64,000 nt of DNA from Escherichia coli (GTDB lineage: Bacteria > Pseudomonadota > Gammaproteobacteria > Enterobacterales > Enterobacteriaceae), in the NCBI RefSeq assembly GCF_044324875.1, contig NZ_CP172185.1. One strand, written 5' to 3'. The notes under the pieces are model-generated. The model worked only from the letters and a program-made list of their open reading frames with translations, was not told the origin of the DNA and made no database searches. Both the position numbers and the translations under genes were made by a program. Shown here piece after piece: positions 27,834 to 44,700 of the stretch. Positions within the stretch are counted from its first letter, which is position 1; each line of letters opens with the position of its first letter.

Positions 27834-28908
27834 GTGAAACCAGTAACGCTATACGATGTCGCAGAGTATGCCGGTGTCTCTTATCAGACCGTTTCCCGCG
27901 TGGTGAACCAGGCCAGCCACGTTTCTGCGAAAACGCGGGAAAAAGTGGAAGCGGCGATGGCGGAGCTGAATTACATTCCCAACCGCGTGGCACAACAACT
28001 GGCGGGCAAGCAGTCGTTGCTGATTGGCGTTGCCACCTCCAGTCTGGCCCTGCACGCGCCGTCGCAAATTGTCGCGGCGATTAAATCTCGCGCCGATCAA
28101 CTGGGTGCCAGCGTGGTGGTGTCGATGGTAGAACGAAGCGGCGTCGAAGCCTGTAAAGCGGCGGTGCACAATCTTCTCGCGCAACGCGTCAGTGGGCTGA
28201 TCATTAACTATCCGCTGGATGACCAGGATGCCATTGCTGTGGAAGCAGCCTGCGCTAATGTTCCGGCGTTATTTCTTGATGTCTCTGACCAGACACCCAT
28301 CAACAGTATTATTTTCTCCCATGAAGACGGTACGCGACTGGGCGTGGAGCATCTGGTCGCATTGGGTCACCAGCAAATCACGCTGTTAGCAGGTCCATTA
28401 AGTTCTGTCTCGGCACGTCTGCGCCTGGCGGGCTGGCATAAATATCTCACTCGCAATCAAATTCAGCCGATAGCGGAACGGGAAGGCGACTGGAGTGCCA
28501 TGTCCGGTTTTCAACAAACCATGCAAATGCTGAATGAGGGCATCGTTCCCACTGCGATGCTGGTTGCCAACGATCAGATGGCGCTGGGCGCAATGCGCGC
28601 CATTACCGAGTCCGGGCTGCGCGTTGGTGCGGATATCTCGGTAGTGGGATACGACGATACCGAAGACAGCTCGTGTTATATCCCGCCGTTAACCACCATC
28701 AAACAGGATTTTCGCCTGCTGGGGCAAACCAGCGTGGACCGCTTGTTGCAACTCTCTCAAGGCCAGGCGGTGAAGGGCAATCAGCTGTTGCCCGTCTCAC
28801 TGGTGAAAAGAAAAACCACCCTTCCGCCCAATACGCAAACCGCTTCTCCCCAGGCGTTGGCAGATTCTTTAATGCAGCTGGCGCGACAAATTTCCCGACT
28901 CGAAAGCG

Positions 28909-28916
<8 letters not shown>
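27834..28916 (+). CDS. lacI: Lactose operon repressor LacI
   Basis: GTG start giving MKPVTLYDVAEYAGVSYQTVSRVVNQ… (360 aa); a few substitutions relative to the K-12 protein as recalled. Confidence 0.97.
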
Positions 28917-32113
<3,197 letters not shown>

Positions 32114-32119
32114 TAATAA

Positions 32120-33418
<1,299 letters not shown>

Positions 33419-33475
33419 GCAATCAATGTCGGATGCGGCGCGAGCGCCTTATCCGACCAACATATCAGGACGGAA
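33419..33475. repeat. REP element between lacY and lacA
   Basis: GTCGGATGCGGCGCGAGCGCCTTATCCGAC palindrome immediately after the lacY stop. Confidence 0.8.
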
Positions 33476-33483
33476 TGATCGCA

Positions 33484-34095
33484 ATGAACATGCCAATGAC
33501 CGAAAGAATAAAAGCAGGCAAGCTATTTACCGATATGTGCGAAGGCTTACCGGAAAAAAGACTTCGTGGGAAAACGTTAATGTATGAGTTTAATCACTCG
33601 CATCCATCAGAAGTTGAAAAAAGAGAAAGCCTGATTAAAGAAATGTTTGCCACGGTAGGGGAAAACGCCTGGGTAGAACCTCCCGTCTATTTCTCTTACG
33701 GTTCCAACATCCATATAGGCCGCAATTTTTATGCAAATTTTAATTTAACCATTGTCGATGACTACACGGTAACAATCGGTGATAACGTACTGATTGCACC
33801 CAACGTTACTCTTTCCGTTACGGGACACCCGGTACACCATGAATTAAGAAAAAACGGTGAGATGTACTCTTTTCCGATAACGATTGGCAATAACGTCTGG
33901 ATCGGAAGTCATGTGGTCATTAATCCAGGCGTCACCATCGGGGATAATTCTGTTATTGGCGCGGGTAGTGTCGTCACAAAAGACATTCCACCAAACGTCG
34001 TGGCTGCTGGCGTTCCTTGTCGGGTTATTCGCGAAATAAACGACCGGGATAAGCACTATTATTACAAAGATTATAAAGTTGAGCCTTCAGTTTAA
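33484..34095 (+). CDS. lacA: Galactoside O-acetyltransferase
   Basis: 203-aa frame from MNMPMTERIKAGKLFTDMCEGLPEKRL…; hexapeptide repeats. Confidence 0.97.
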   Translation: MNMPMTERIKAGKLFTDMCEGLPEKRLRGKTLMYEFNHSHPSEVEKRESLIKEMFATVGENAWVEPPVYFSYGSNIHIGRNFYANFNLTIVDDYTVTIGDNVLIAPNVTLSVTGHPVHHELRKNGEMYSFPITIGNNVWIGSHVVINPGVTIGDNSVIGAGSVVTKDIPPNVVAAGVPCRVIREINDRDKHYYYKDYKVEPSV

Positions 34096-34112
34096 ATAAG
34101 CACTGAAATAAA

Positions 34113-34142
34113 TGTCGGATGCGCCATTGGGCACATCCGACA
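34113..34142. terminator. Perfect 9-bp stem hairpin (TGTCGGATG / CATCCGACA, 12-nt loop) between convergent lacA and cynX; REP-like, possible bidirectional terminator
   Basis: Inverted repeat read directly; no clear U-tract, so terminator function is uncertain. Confidence 0.35.
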
Positions 34143-34182
34143 ATAATTCACTCTTCCATTATCTGGCGAAACAAGCGTCGCA

Positions 34183-35370
34183 TCATGCCTCTTTGACCCA
34201 CAGCTGCGGAAAACGTGCTGGTGCAAAACGCAGGGTTATGATCATCAGCCCAACGACGCACAGCGCATGAAACGCCCAGTCCATCAAGTAATTGCCACTG
34301 ATACTACGCAGCACACCAGAAAACCACGGGGCAAGCCCGGCGATGATAAAACCGATCCCCTGCATAAACGCCACCAGTTTGCCAGCAATAGCGGGTTGCG
34401 CAGAGTGATCGAGCGCCAGCAGCAAACAGAGCGGAAATGCGCCGCCCAGACCTAAACCACACACCATCGACCACAATACCGGCAATTGCAGCGGCAGCCA
34501 GATAAAGCCGCAGAAACCCACCAGTTGTAACGCCAGCGCCAGCATCAAAAGTTTGCGCCGATCCTGATGGCGAGCCATAGCAGGCATCAGCAATGCCCCT
34601 GCTGCTTGCCCAAGCGTCATCAATGCCAGCAAGGAACCGCTGTACTGCGCGCTGGCACCAATCTCAATATAGAAAGCGGGTAACCAGGCAATCAGGCTGG
34701 CGTAACCACCGTTAATCAGACCGAAGTAAACACCCAGCGTCCACGCGCGGGGAGTAAATACCACGCGAACCGGAGTGGTTGTTGTCTTGTGAGAAGAGGC
34801 GACCTCGCGGGCGCTTTGCCACCACCAGGCAAAGAGCGCAACAACGGCAGGCAGCGCCCACCAGGCGAGTGTTTGATACCAGGTTTCGCTATGTTGAACT
34901 AACCAGGGCGTCAGGGCAGCACCAAGGCCACCGCCGCCCATCAGAGCCGCGGACCACAGCCCCATCACCAGTGGCGTGCGCTGCTGAAACCGCCGTTTAA
35001 TCACCGAAGGCATCACCGCCTGAATGATGCCGATCCCCACCCCACCGAGCAGTGCGCTGCTAAGCAGCAGCGCACTTTGGGGGTAAAGCTCACGCATCAA
35101 TGCACCGACGGCAATCAGCAACAAACTGATGGCGACGCTGCGACGTTCGCTGACATGCTGATGAAGCCAGCTTCCGGCCAGCGCCAGCCCGCCCATGGTA
35201 ACCACCGGCAGAGCGGTCAACAGGGCAGCCACGCTAAAGCTCATTCCGCTTGCCTGGCGCAATTGCGGTAGCAGTGGCCCGACGGAGGTGAGCAGTGGTC
35301 GCATATTAAGACCAATCAGCACCAGAACCAGAACCAGCAGCATCGTGAACGTCTTTTGATGGTTACGCAT
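34183..35370 (-). CDS. cynX: Cyanate transporter (MFS)
   Basis: Polytopic membrane ORF downstream of cynS; start may be the internal Met at 35343. Confidence 0.85.
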   Translation of the reverse strand: MRNHQKTFTMLLVLVLVLIGLNMRPLLTSVGPLLPQLRQASGMSFSVAALLTALPVVTMGGLALAGSWLHQHVSERRSVAISLLLIAVGALMRELYPQSALLLSSALLGGVGIGIIQAVMPSVIKRRFQQRTPLVMGLWSAALMGGGGLGAALTPWLVQHSETWYQTLAWWALPAVVALFAWWWQSAREVASSHKTTTTPVRVVFTPRAWTLGVYFGLINGGYASLIAWLPAFYIEIGASAQYSGSLLALMTLGQAAGALLMPAMARHQDRRKLLMLALALQLVGFCGFIWLPLQLPVLWSMVCGLGLGGAFPLCLLLALDHSAQPAIAGKLVAFMQGIGFIIAGLAPWFSGVLRSISGNYLMDWAFHALCVVGLMIITLRFAPARFPQLWVKEA

Positions 35371-35375
35371 GGCTG

Positions 35376-35864
<489 letters not shown>

Positions 35865-35876
35865 TTAAAAATAAGG

Positions 35877-36536
35877 TTACGCTGCGGTCGGTTGGCGTAG
35901 CGGTATGGCACAAACGCGAGGATTAGCGGCCAGTGGCACAAACTGGCGGGTTGCGCCGTCAAAAGCTGCGATGCTGCCGCTTTCAATGTCGTAGACCCAG
36001 CCGTGCAGGGCGATCCGCCCCTCTTCGAGCGCCAGGCGCACCGATGGATGCGTTTGCAGATTAGCCAACTGAGCAATCACGTTTTCACGCACCATCGCCG
36101 CAGCTTTTGACGGTAAATCACGATGCGGGCGCGCCTCATTAACGACGCGGGCAGAATCGGCATAACGCAGCCAGTGAGAGACGGCAGGCATATGGTCCAT
36201 GCACTGGCAGCTGGCAATAGCGGTCATTGCGCCACAGTTGGAATGACCGCAAATCACAATGTCAGATACCCGAAGCGCAGCGACGGCGTACTCCACCGAA
36301 GCAGAAACGCCACCGGGTTCTGGCCCGTAGGAAGGGACGATATTGCCCGCGTTGCGAATAACGAACAGATCGCCAGGTTCACGTTGCGTCACCAGCTCAG
36401 GGACCAGACGGCTGTCGGAGCAGGAGATAAAAAGGGTGCGCGGGCTTTGCTGTGTCGCCAGCTGTTTAAACAAGGCTTCCCGCTTCGGAAATGCCTCGCG
36501 CTGGAATTTAAGGAATCCATCAATAATCTCTTTCAC
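35877..36536 (-). CDS. cynT: Beta-class carbonic anhydrase
   Basis: 219 aa; beta-CA Zn-ligand context (CSDSR … HSNCGA). Confidence 0.95.
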   Translation of the reverse strand: MKEIIDGFLKFQREAFPKREALFKQLATQQSPRTLFISCSDSRLVPELVTQREPGDLFVIRNAGNIVPSYGPEPGGVSASVEYAVAALRVSDIVICGHSNCGAMTAIASCQCMDHMPAVSHWLRYADSARVVNEARPHRDLPSKAAAMVRENVIAQLANLQTHPSVRLALEEGRIALHGWVYDIESGSIAAFDGATRQFVPLAANPRVCAIPLRQPTAA

Positions 36537-36645
36537 CGTTAACCTCTGTCTGTCTCTGGAATGAGAGGCAGACTACTCGCCGATTGTCATAAGGTAAAAG
36601 ACTCATTTATGATGAGTTCTATTGGATTTACTTATAGGTTGGCGA

Positions 36646-37545
36646 ATGCTCTCTCGACATATCAATTATTTTCTTGCCGTGGCTGAACATGGCAGCTTCA
36701 CCCGTGCCGCCAGTGTGTTGCACGTCTCCCAGCCTGCGCTTTCCCAGCAGATTCGCCAGTTAGAGGAGAGTTTAGGCGTGCCGCTGTTTGACCGTAGCGG
36801 GCGAACGATTCGTCTCACTGATGCAGGAGAAGTCTGGCGACAGTACGCCAGCCGGGCGTTACAGGAACTCGGGGCGGGTAAACGGGCGATTCATGATGTT
36901 GCCGATCTGACGCGAGGATCGCTGCGTATCGCCGTCACTCCCACCTTTACAAGCTACTTTATCGGCCCTTTAATGGCGGGTTTCTATGCGCGCTACCCCG
37001 GCATCACGCTCCAGCTACAGGAAATGTCGCAGGAGAAAATCGAAGATCTGCTTTGTCGCGACGAGTTGGACGTTGGGATTGCCTTCGCGCCTGTGCATTC
37101 GCCGGAGCTGGAGGCAATTCCTTTACTGACAGAAAGTTTAGCGTTAGTCGTGGCGCAACATCATCCGCTGGCTGCCTGTGAACAGGTGGCGTTGAGTCGC
37201 TTGCATGATGAAAAACTGGTCCTGCTCAGCGCGGAATTTGCCACCAGAGAGCAAATTGACCACTACTGCGAGAAAGCGGGGCTACATCCACAGGTGGTCA
37301 TTGAGGCGAACTCAATTAGCGCGGTTCTGGAGCTGATTCGCCGCACTTCCCTTTCCACATTGTTGCCAGCAGCGATTGCCACACAACATGAAGGGCTTAA
37401 AGCTATTTCTCTTGCCCCACCACTACTGAAGAGAACGGCGGTTTTGTTGCGGCGGAAAAATAGCTGGCAGACAGCCGCCGCGAAGGCATTTTTGCAAATG
37501 GCGTTGGATAAATGCGCGGTTGTTGGCGGGAATGAATCGCGGTAA
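36646..37545 (+). CDS. cynR: LysR-type activator of the cyn operon
   Basis: 299-aa frame from [35 protein letters not shown]… (LysR HTH), divergent from cynT. Confidence 0.93.
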   Translation: MLSRHINYFLAVAEHGSFTRAASVLHVSQPALSQQIRQLEESLGVPLFDRSGRTIRLTDAGEVWRQYASRALQELGAGKRAIHDVADLTRGSLRIAVTPTFTSYFIGPLMAGFYARYPGITLQLQEMSQEKIEDLLCRDELDVGIAFAPVHSPELEAIPLLTESLALVVAQHHPLAACEQVALSRLHDEKLVLLSAEFATREQIDHYCEKAGLHPQVVIEANSISAVLELIRRTSLSTLLPAAIATQHEGLKAISLAPPLLKRTAVLLRRKNSWQTAAAKAFLQMALDKCAVVGGNESR

Positions 37546-37549
37546 CCAC

Positions 37550-37665
37550 TGACACAATTGCCTGATGCGCTACGCTTATCAGGCCTACGAGTTCAGTGCT
37601 CTACGTAGGCCGGATAAGGCGTTCACGCCGCATCCGGCATAAACTACGCTCGCTTTGTCAACACA
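37550..37665. repeat. REP elements between cynR and codA
   Basis: CCTGATGCGCTACGCTTATCAGGCCTAC and GGCCGGATAAGGCGTTCACGCCGCATCCGGCA palindromes. Confidence 0.8.
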
Positions 37666-37677
37666 CAGCCCAGCCGA

Positions 37678-38961
37678 TCACCGTTTGTAATCGATGGCTT
37701 CTGGCTGCTCCAGATATACGGTGGTTTGTGCCGGTTGTGTGCTGGCAATCACCTTGCCGCCACGTACCGAATAACGTACCGGAACCTGACGGCGCAGCGC
37801 ATCAAATCCATTTTCAGCCGGCAGGATAATCAGGTTGGCGCTGTTTCCGGCGGCAATGCCGTAATCCTGCAAATTCAACGTCCTGGCGCTGTGGTGGGTG
37901 ATTAAATTCAGGCCGTCGTTAATCTGCCCGTAGCCCATCAGCTGGCAAACATGCAGCCCCATATGCAGCACTTGCAGCATATTCGCCGTTCCCAGCGGAT
38001 ACCACGGATCGAAGACATCATCGTGACCAAAGCAGACGTTAATGCCTGACTCCAGCATCTCTTTAACGCGCGTGATGCCGCGACGTTTTGGATACGTATC
38101 GAAACGCCCTTGTAGATGAATATTGACCAACGGGTTGGCGACAAAGTTAATACCGGACATTTTCAGCAGGCGGAACAGGCGTGAGGTATACGCCCCGTTA
38201 TAGGAGTGCATTGCCGTAGTATGGCTGGCGGTGACTCGTGCGCCCATTCCTTCACGGTGCGCCAGGGCGGCAACGGTTTCGACAAAGCGCGACTGCTCAT
38301 CATCGATCTCATCACAGTGAACGTCGATGAGACGGTCGTATTTTTGCGCCAGGGCGAAGGTTTTATGCAGCGACTCCACGCCATATTCACGGGTAAATTC
38401 AAAATGCGGAATCGCCCCAACAACGTCTGCTCCTAAGCGTAGCGCCTCTTCCAGCAACGCTTCACCGTTGGGATACGACAAAATCCCTTCCTGCGGGAAG
38501 GCGACGATTTGCAGATCAATCCACGGCGCAACTTCCTGTTTCACTTCCAGCATCGCTTTCAACGCAGTCAGCGTTGCGTCGGAAACATCGACATGGGTAC
38601 GCACATGCTGAATGCCGTTGGCAATCTGCCATTTCAGCGTTTGCCATGCGCGTTGTTTCACATCGTCATGGGTTAATAACGCTTTGCGCTCGGCCCAGCG
38701 TTCAATGCCTTCAAACAGCGTGCCGGACTGATTCCAGTTCGGTTGCCCGGCGGTTTGCGTGGTGTCCAGGTGAATATGCGGCTCCACAAACGGCGGTAAA
38801 ACTAAACCTTGTTCGGCATCCAGGCTGTTTTCAGTTACGGGCATCACACCAGATTGCGCATCAATGGCGCTGATTTTTCCGTCCTGCAGATGAATCTGCC
38901 ACAGCCCCTCTTTGCCGGGTAACCGGGCGTTAATAATTGTTTGTAAAGCGTTATTCGACAC
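37678..38961 (-). CDS. codA: Cytosine deaminase
   Basis: GTG start giving [16 protein letters not shown]… (427 aa); amidohydrolase metal site (VEPHIHLD); overlaps the codB stop. Confidence 0.95.
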   Translation of the reverse strand: MSNNALQTIINARLPGKEGLWQIHLQDGKISAIDAQSGVMPVTENSLDAEQGLVLPPFVEPHIHLDTTQTAGQPNWNQSGTLFEGIERWAERKALLTHDDVKQRAWQTLKWQIANGIQHVRTHVDVSDATLTALKAMLEVKQEVAPWIDLQIVAFPQEGILSYPNGEALLEEALRLGADVVGAIPHFEFTREYGVESLHKTFALAQKYDRLIDVHCDEIDDEQSRFVETVAALAHREGMGARVTASHTTAMHSYNGAYTSRLFRLLKMSGINFVANPLVNIHLQGRFDTYPKRRGITRVKEMLESGINVCFGHDDVFDPWYPLGTANMLQVLHMGLHVCQLMGYGQINDGLNLITHHSARTLNLQDYGIAAGNSANLIILPAENGFDALRRQVPVRYSVRGGKVIASTQPAQTTVYLEQPEAIDYKR

Positions 38962-40210
38962 TGTTAGCCTCCACATGCGTCATTGCTGCTGTCGTTTTAC
39001 GATTCAAAATCGGGTTAAGGATCAGATAGCTCAGCGCGCCACCTAATACCGCGTTGACCGGAACAATTCCCGGTAACCAGTGGCCTGCGGCAATCCCCAA
39101 GGCGACCGCCAGAATCGCCACCCAATTGACACTCATCATACGCGTGGTCGCAAAGTGCTCATAGCGGCGACGGTTCATCAGATAGTCGGCGATGATCACG
39201 CCCCCTACCGGAGGAATAGCTGCCGAAAGGAAGGTCAGCCAGCCGACAAAATTGTTATACAGCCATAGTGCGCAGACCGTACCGATAATACCGTTAATCA
39301 CCGAAAGGGTTTTGCTCGACATACCGGTAATGTTGGCGAAACCTAAGCCCGACGCATAGAGCGCGTTATCGTTGGTGGTCCAGATATTCAGCCCCAGCAC
39401 CACAATCGCGGGTAGCAGCAGGCCCTGAGCAATCATCACATCAGAGATATCTGCCATGCCCAGTGCCGCCGCTCCCGCTGCACCGAAAATAAACATCAAC
39501 GAGTTGCCAAGGAAAAAGGCCACCATCGCCACCAGCACCGCCAGTTTGGCATTGCGACCAAACCGGACAAAGTCAGCGGTGAGCGTACCCGCGCTGATAA
39601 ATGACCCCACAACCAGCGCCAGCGCGACATTGAAATCTAGCGGTTGTGCAGGAACGACCGCTTTTAATGCGTCCAGGCCGCCCATGCCGTTAACGGCCAG
39701 CCACACGGAATAACCGCCAAGACAGGCGATAGCCGGAACCGCAATCACCGAAAGAACCGTCAGCGCCGAAATGCCAAAGAAGACGGTGACGGTCATCAGT
39801 AAACCGGAAACGGCAATCAGCAAATTAATATCCAGCCCGGTTGCCTTACCCACCGGAATGGCAAACATCGCCACGCCAACGCCAAACCAGCCAACCTGGG
39901 TACCCCCCAGCAGCAGTGAAGGCAGCCATGAGCCTTTAACACCAAACGAGAAGCGAGCAAGAAGATGGGTGGTCAGGCCGGTTTTTGCGCCAATGTAACC
40001 AAGAAATGAAGTGTAAATACCGAGGAGAAGATTACCGATGAGGACTGCGAGGAAGAAATCATGATAGCTAAGACCGGTTCCGAGAGTGCCGCCGGTCCAC
40101 ATACTGGCGGAAAAGAAGGTTAATCCCAGCATGACGAACGTCAATGCCAATACCCCTTTCCGCGCCGACTGCGGGACTGGCCCCTGGCTAAAGTTGTTAT
40201 CTTGCGACAC
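38951..40210 (-). CDS. codB: Cytosine permease (NCS1 family)
   Basis: 419-aa polytopic membrane ORF upstream of and overlapping codA. Confidence 0.95.
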   Translation of the reverse strand: MSQDNNFSQGPVPQSARKGVLALTFVMLGLTFFSASMWTGGTLGTGLSYHDFFLAVLIGNLLLGIYTSFLGYIGAKTGLTTHLLARFSFGVKGSWLPSLLLGGTQVGWFGVGVAMFAIPVGKATGLDINLLIAVSGLLMTVTVFFGISALTVLSVIAVPAIACLGGYSVWLAVNGMGGLDALKAVVPAQPLDFNVALALVVGSFISAGTLTADFVRFGRNAKLAVLVAMVAFFLGNSLMFIFGAAGAAALGMADISDVMIAQGLLLPAIVVLGLNIWTTNDNALYASGLGFANITGMSSKTLSVINGIIGTVCALWLYNNFVGWLTFLSAAIPPVGGVIIADYLMNRRRYEHFATTRMMSVNWVAILAVALGIAAGHWLPGIVPVNAVLGGALSYLILNPILNRKTTAAMTHVEANSVE

Positions 40211-40339
40211 GAAATTCCCCCTTTTTGCTGTTTGAAACCCAAAAAATCCGCCGCATTCTATTCATCTGAAGATAAAAAGCAATCGTTTTCGTGGGGAAAT
40301 ATATTTTTTATATGAATGAGTGCAAAAAGGTGGGGGAAA

Positions 40340-41275
40340 AATTATCCACGGTTCAGGCCTGTGGGCATGATAAGACGCGTCAGCGTCGCATCAGGCATCT
40401 GCGCACGGTGTCGGATGCGGCGCGAGCGCCTTATCTGACCTACGGTTCAGACCTGTAGGCATGATAAGAGGCACCAGCGTCGCATCAGGCATCTGCGCAC
40501 GGTGTCGGATGCGGCGCGAGCGCCTTATCCGACCTACGGTTCAGGCCTGTAGGCATGATAAGACGCGCCAGCGTCGTATCAGGCATCTGCGCACGGTGTC
40601 GGATGCGGCGCGAGCGCCTTATCCGACCTACGGTTCAGGCCTGTAGGCATGATAAGACGCACCAGCGTCGCATCAGGCATCTGCGCACGGTGTCGGATGC
40701 GGCGCGAGCGCCTTATCCGACCTACGGTTCAGACCTGTAGGCATGATAAGACGCGCCAGCGTCGCATCAGGCATCTGCGCATGGTGTCGGATGCGGCGCG
40801 AGCGCCTTATCCGACCTACGGTTCAGGCCTGTAGGCATGATAAGACGCACCAGCGTCGCATCAGGCATCGGCGCACGGTGTCGGATGCGGCGCGAGCGCC
40901 TTATCCGACCTACGGTTCAGGCCTGTAGGCATGATAAGACGCGCCAGCGTCGTATCAGGCATCTGCGCACGGTGTCGGATGCGGCGCGAGCGCCTTATCC
41001 GACCTACGGTTCAGACCTGTAGGCATGATAAGACGCGCCAGCGTCGCATCAGGCATCGGCGCACGGTGTCGGATGCGGCGCGAGCGCCTTATCCGACCTA
41101 CGGTTCAGGCCTGTAGGCATGATAAGACGCGTCAGCGTCGCATCAGGCATCGGCGCACGGTGTCGGATGCGGCGCGAGCGCCTTATCCGACCTACGGTTC
41201 AGGCCTGTAGGCATGATAAGACGCGTCAGCGTCGCATCAGGCATCGGCGCACGGTGTCGGATGCGCCACACGACG
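40340..41275. repeat. Tandem REP/BIME array, about 10 copies of a 94-bp unit
   Basis: Unit GCCTGTAGGCATGATAAGACGCGCCAGCGTCGCATCAGGCATCTGCGCACGGTGTCGGATGCGGCGCGAGCGCCTTATCCGACCTACGGTTCAG recurs with exact 94-bp period; ORF-track starts at 40461, 40555, … 41119 are 94 bp apart. Each unit holds two inverted REP palindromes. Confidence 0.9.
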
Positions 41276-41289
41276 CATCCGACAATACC

Positions 41290-43176
41290 TTACTCTTCCA
41301 TCGCCTGGCGGATCTGATCCAACGACGCAGGATCATCAATGGTCGTCAGATCCCCAGGATCGCGTCCTTCGCAAATCGCCTGGATCGTGCGGCGCAGCAT
41401 TTTTCCGGATCGCGTTTTCGGCAATTGCGAGACAAACCAGACGTGCGCCGGGCGGCCAAAGTTGCCAATCTGGCTGTCCACCAGCGCCATAATCGCCTTC
41501 TCTTGCGAGTGCGCCACCTCACGGTCTTCCAGACTGTCGCTCTCTTTCGGAATGACAAACGCCACCGCCACCTGCCCTTTCAGCGCATCTTTCACCCCAA
41601 CCACCGCCACTTCGGCAACGCCCGGATGACTGGAGATACTCTCTTCAATCTCGCGCGTCCCCAGCCGATGCCCGGCAACGTTAATCACATCGTCAGTGCG
41701 CCCGAGAATAAAGTGATAACCGTCAGCATCGCGGATACCCCAGTCAAAAGTGGCGTACACCGGACGGGAAAACAGCGACCAGTACGTCTTCACAAAGCGG
41801 TCGTCGTCGCCCCAAATGGTCTGAATACACCCCGGCGGCAATGGCCCTTCCACCACCAGCATCCCTTTCTCGTTGACGCCACACGGTTCGCCGGTGACTT
41901 CATTAAGCAACTGCACGTTATAGCCATACATCGGCACGCCGGGGCTACCCAGACGCGTCGGCCTGTCGTCCAGACCGCGAGCAATCGCCATAATCGGCCA
42001 GCCGGATTCGGTCTGCCAGTAATTGTCGATCACTGGCACATCCAGCGTATTGCTCACCCAACTGGCGGTCGGCTCGTCCAGCGGTTCTCCAGCCAGATAG
42101 AGCACTTCCAGCGACGAGAGATCGTGTTTGCGAATTTCAGCGGTAGGGAATTTTTTCAGCACGCGAATGGCGGTCGGCGCTGAGAACATCCGGCTAACCT
42201 GATATTTCTCGACGATTTTCCACCACACGCCGCAGTCCGGCCAGGTCGGTAATCCTTCGTAAACGATAGTCGCCATCCCCGCCAGCAGCGGCGCGTAGAC
42301 GATATACGAATGCCCCACCACCCAGCCGATATCCGAAGCACAAAAGAACACACCGCCCGCTTTGCCGCCAAAAATGGTGTCCATCGAGGTCGCCAGCGCC
42401 ACCGCATATCCGCCAACGTCACGCTGCACGCCTTTAGGTTTGCCGGTCGTGCCGGAGGTGTAGAGAATGCAGGAGGTTTCGTTGGATTCCAGCCACGCCA
42501 CCGGTACCCGCGCGCCGATGTGTTGATGGCGCAACGACGCGAAATCGACATCCCGCCCGCTGACGCGTGCCATTTTCGCCAGCCCGCGATCCACCAGCAA
42601 AACATGGCGTGGCTGGTGCTGCGCCTGACTTATCGCATCGTCGAGCAATTTTTTATAGGGAATGATTTTGCCACCGCGCGCTCCGGCATCAGCCGAGACA
42701 ATCAGCACCGGTTTAGCATCATCAATTCGCGCCGCCACGCTGTGCGAGGCAAATCCCCCAAACACCACCGAGTGAATAGCGCCAATGCGCGCGCAAGCCA
42801 GCAGAGTAATATGTGCTTCGGCAATCATCGGCATATACACCAGCACCCGATCGCCGCGCTGCACACCCAGCGAGCGCAGCATTGAGGCCACCGCATTCAC
42901 TTCGTCATGTAACTGGCGGAAGGTAAAGGTGCGCTCTTCTTCTGTTTCCGAAGAGACGGCAATCAGCGCCAGCGCCTCTGGCTGTTTCTCCAGCCAGCGG
43001 TCGATAGCGTTGTGACACAAGTTGGTTCGGCCTTCACAAAACCAACGGGCAAACGGCGGATTGCTGTGATCGAGCGTTTGCGTAAAGGGCGTCTGCCAGT
43101 CAATACGCCGGGCCTGCTCGGCCCAGAACTTCTCCGGTTCGTTAATCGAACGCTGATAAAATTCGCTAAAAGACAT
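41290..43176 (-). CDS. prpE: Propionyl-CoA synthetase
   Basis: 628 aa; AMP-binding signature YTSGTTGKPKG. Confidence 0.95.
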   Translation of the reverse strand: MSFSEFYQRSINEPEKFWAEQARRIDWQTPFTQTLDHSNPPFARWFCEGRTNLCHNAIDRWLEKQPEALALIAVSSETEEERTFTFRQLHDEVNAVASMLRSLGVQRGDRVLVYMPMIAEAHITLLACARIGAIHSVVFGGFASHSVAARIDDAKPVLIVSADAGARGGKIIPYKKLLDDAISQAQHQPRHVLLVDRGLAKMARVSGRDVDFASLRHQHIGARVPVAWLESNETSCILYTSGTTGKPKGVQRDVGGYAVALATSMDTIFGGKAGGVFFCASDIGWVVGHSYIVYAPLLAGMATIVYEGLPTWPDCGVWWKIVEKYQVSRMFSAPTAIRVLKKFPTAEIRKHDLSSLEVLYLAGEPLDEPTASWVSNTLDVPVIDNYWQTESGWPIMAIARGLDDRPTRLGSPGVPMYGYNVQLLNEVTGEPCGVNEKGMLVVEGPLPPGCIQTIWGDDDRFVKTYWSLFSRPVYATFDWGIRDADGYHFILGRTDDVINVAGHRLGTREIEESISSHPGVAEVAVVGVKDALKGQVAVAFVIPKESDSLEDREVAHSQEKAIMALVDSQIGNFGRPAHVWFVSQLPKTRSGKMLRRTIQAICEGRDPGDLTTIDDPASLDQIRQAMEE

Positions 43177-43215
43177 AATGCTCTCCTGTTGAACTTACGC
43201 CTTACCGCTGTTTGC

Positions 43216-44667
43216 TTAAATGACGTACAGGTCGAGATACTCATTGACCGGCATCTGTTCCAGGCGAGCTCTGTCGAGAGAAACCTCCAGAATGCGCTGC
43301 TGTTGGCGAGTCGGGAACTGGCGCGCGAGATTGATTTTGAATTTATCGACCAGCTTCGGAATGCCATCCTGACGGCGGCGAGCATGACCAATTGGGTACT
43401 CCACCACCACTTCTTCAAATCGCGTACCGTCGGTGAACTCAAGGGTTATGGCATTGGCGATGGCACGTTTTTCCGGGTCGTGGTAGTCAGCGGTAAATGC
43501 CGGATCTTCAAAGCAATTGATCTTCTCGCGCAGGGCGTCGATGCGTTTATCTTGCGCAACGTTGTCCTCGTAATCTGCCGCCGTTAAGCGTCCGAACAGC
43601 AGCGGGATCGCCACCATGTACTGAATGCAGTGATCGCGGTCTGCCGGGTTATTGAGCGGTCCTTTTTTGTCGATGATGCGAATACAGGCTTCGTGGGTGC
43701 GAATGGTCACTTTTTCGATATCTGCCGCCGTTTTGCCTGCTGCCTGCATCTGTTCATAGAGCGTCATCGCTGCTTCAACTGCCGTCTGGGAGTGGAACTC
43801 CGCCGGGAAGGAGATTTTGAACAGCACATTTTCCATCACGTAAGAACCGTACGGGCGCTGGAAGCGGAACGACTCACCTTTGAAGGAGACGTCGTAGAAG
43901 CCCCACACAGGCGCAGTCAGGGCTGACGGGTAACCCATTTCGCCCGTTTTCGCCATCAGTGCCAGACGTACCGCGCGGGAAGTGGCATCGCCCGCCGCCC
44001 AGGATTTACGCGTGCCGGTGTTCGGCGCATGGCGATAGGTGCGCAGCGACTGACCGTCCACCCACGCCAGCGAAACGGCGTTGAGAATTTCCTCGCGGGT
44101 CAGGCCGAGCATTTCGGCGACCACGGCGGTGGAAGCCACTTTCACTAACAGAACGTGGTCGAGGCCGACGCGGTTAAAGGAGTTTTCCAGCGCGATGCAG
44201 CCCTGAATTTCATGGGCTTTGATCATTGCGGTCAGCACCTGTTTCATGGTCAACGGCGCTTTGCCGCTGGCGACCGCGTTGCGCGAAAGCCAGTCCGCCG
44301 TTGCCAGAATGCCGCCGAGGTTGTCGGAAGGATGGCCCCACTCCGCCGCCAGCCAGGTATCGTTGAAATCAAGCCAGCGGATCATCGCGCCAATGTTAAA
44401 TGCCGCCTGGACGGGGTCGAGCTGGAACTGAGTTCCGGGGACGCGCACGCCGTTAGGTACGACAGTGCCGGGGACAATTGGCCCCAGCAGTTTTTTACAG
44501 GCCGGGTATTCGAGAGCTTCAAGACCGCAGCCGAGAGTGTCGAGCAGGCAGTAATGTGCGGTGTCGTAGGCCACTTTAGAGCTAATTTCGTAGTTCATGA
44601 CGTAATCGACGATATCAACGATTTCACGATCAAATTCCGGGCGGATGTTGTTGATTTGAGCTGACAT
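43216..44667 (-). CDS. prpD: 2-methylcitrate dehydratase
   Basis: 483-aa ORF recognised as PrpD. Confidence 0.95.
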
Positions 44668-44700
44668 TGGGTACGTTTCCTTATTGTTATTCGTAGAGGT

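Noticed and set aside
40461-41210. Seven overlapping 61-aa ORFs (MIRR.SVASGICARCRMRRERLIRPT…) and similar ORFs at 45752-46582
   Set aside because: Translation artefacts of the tandem REP arrays: identical peptides at 94-bp spacing, no RBS context, palindromic DNA.
40340-41275. Regularly spaced repeats that could be mistaken for a CRISPR array
   Set aside because: The whole 94-bp unit repeats with no unique spacers; units are REP-type palindromes (GCCGGATGCG…/CCTGATGCG… family) and there are no cas genes nearby. This is a BIME/REP array.
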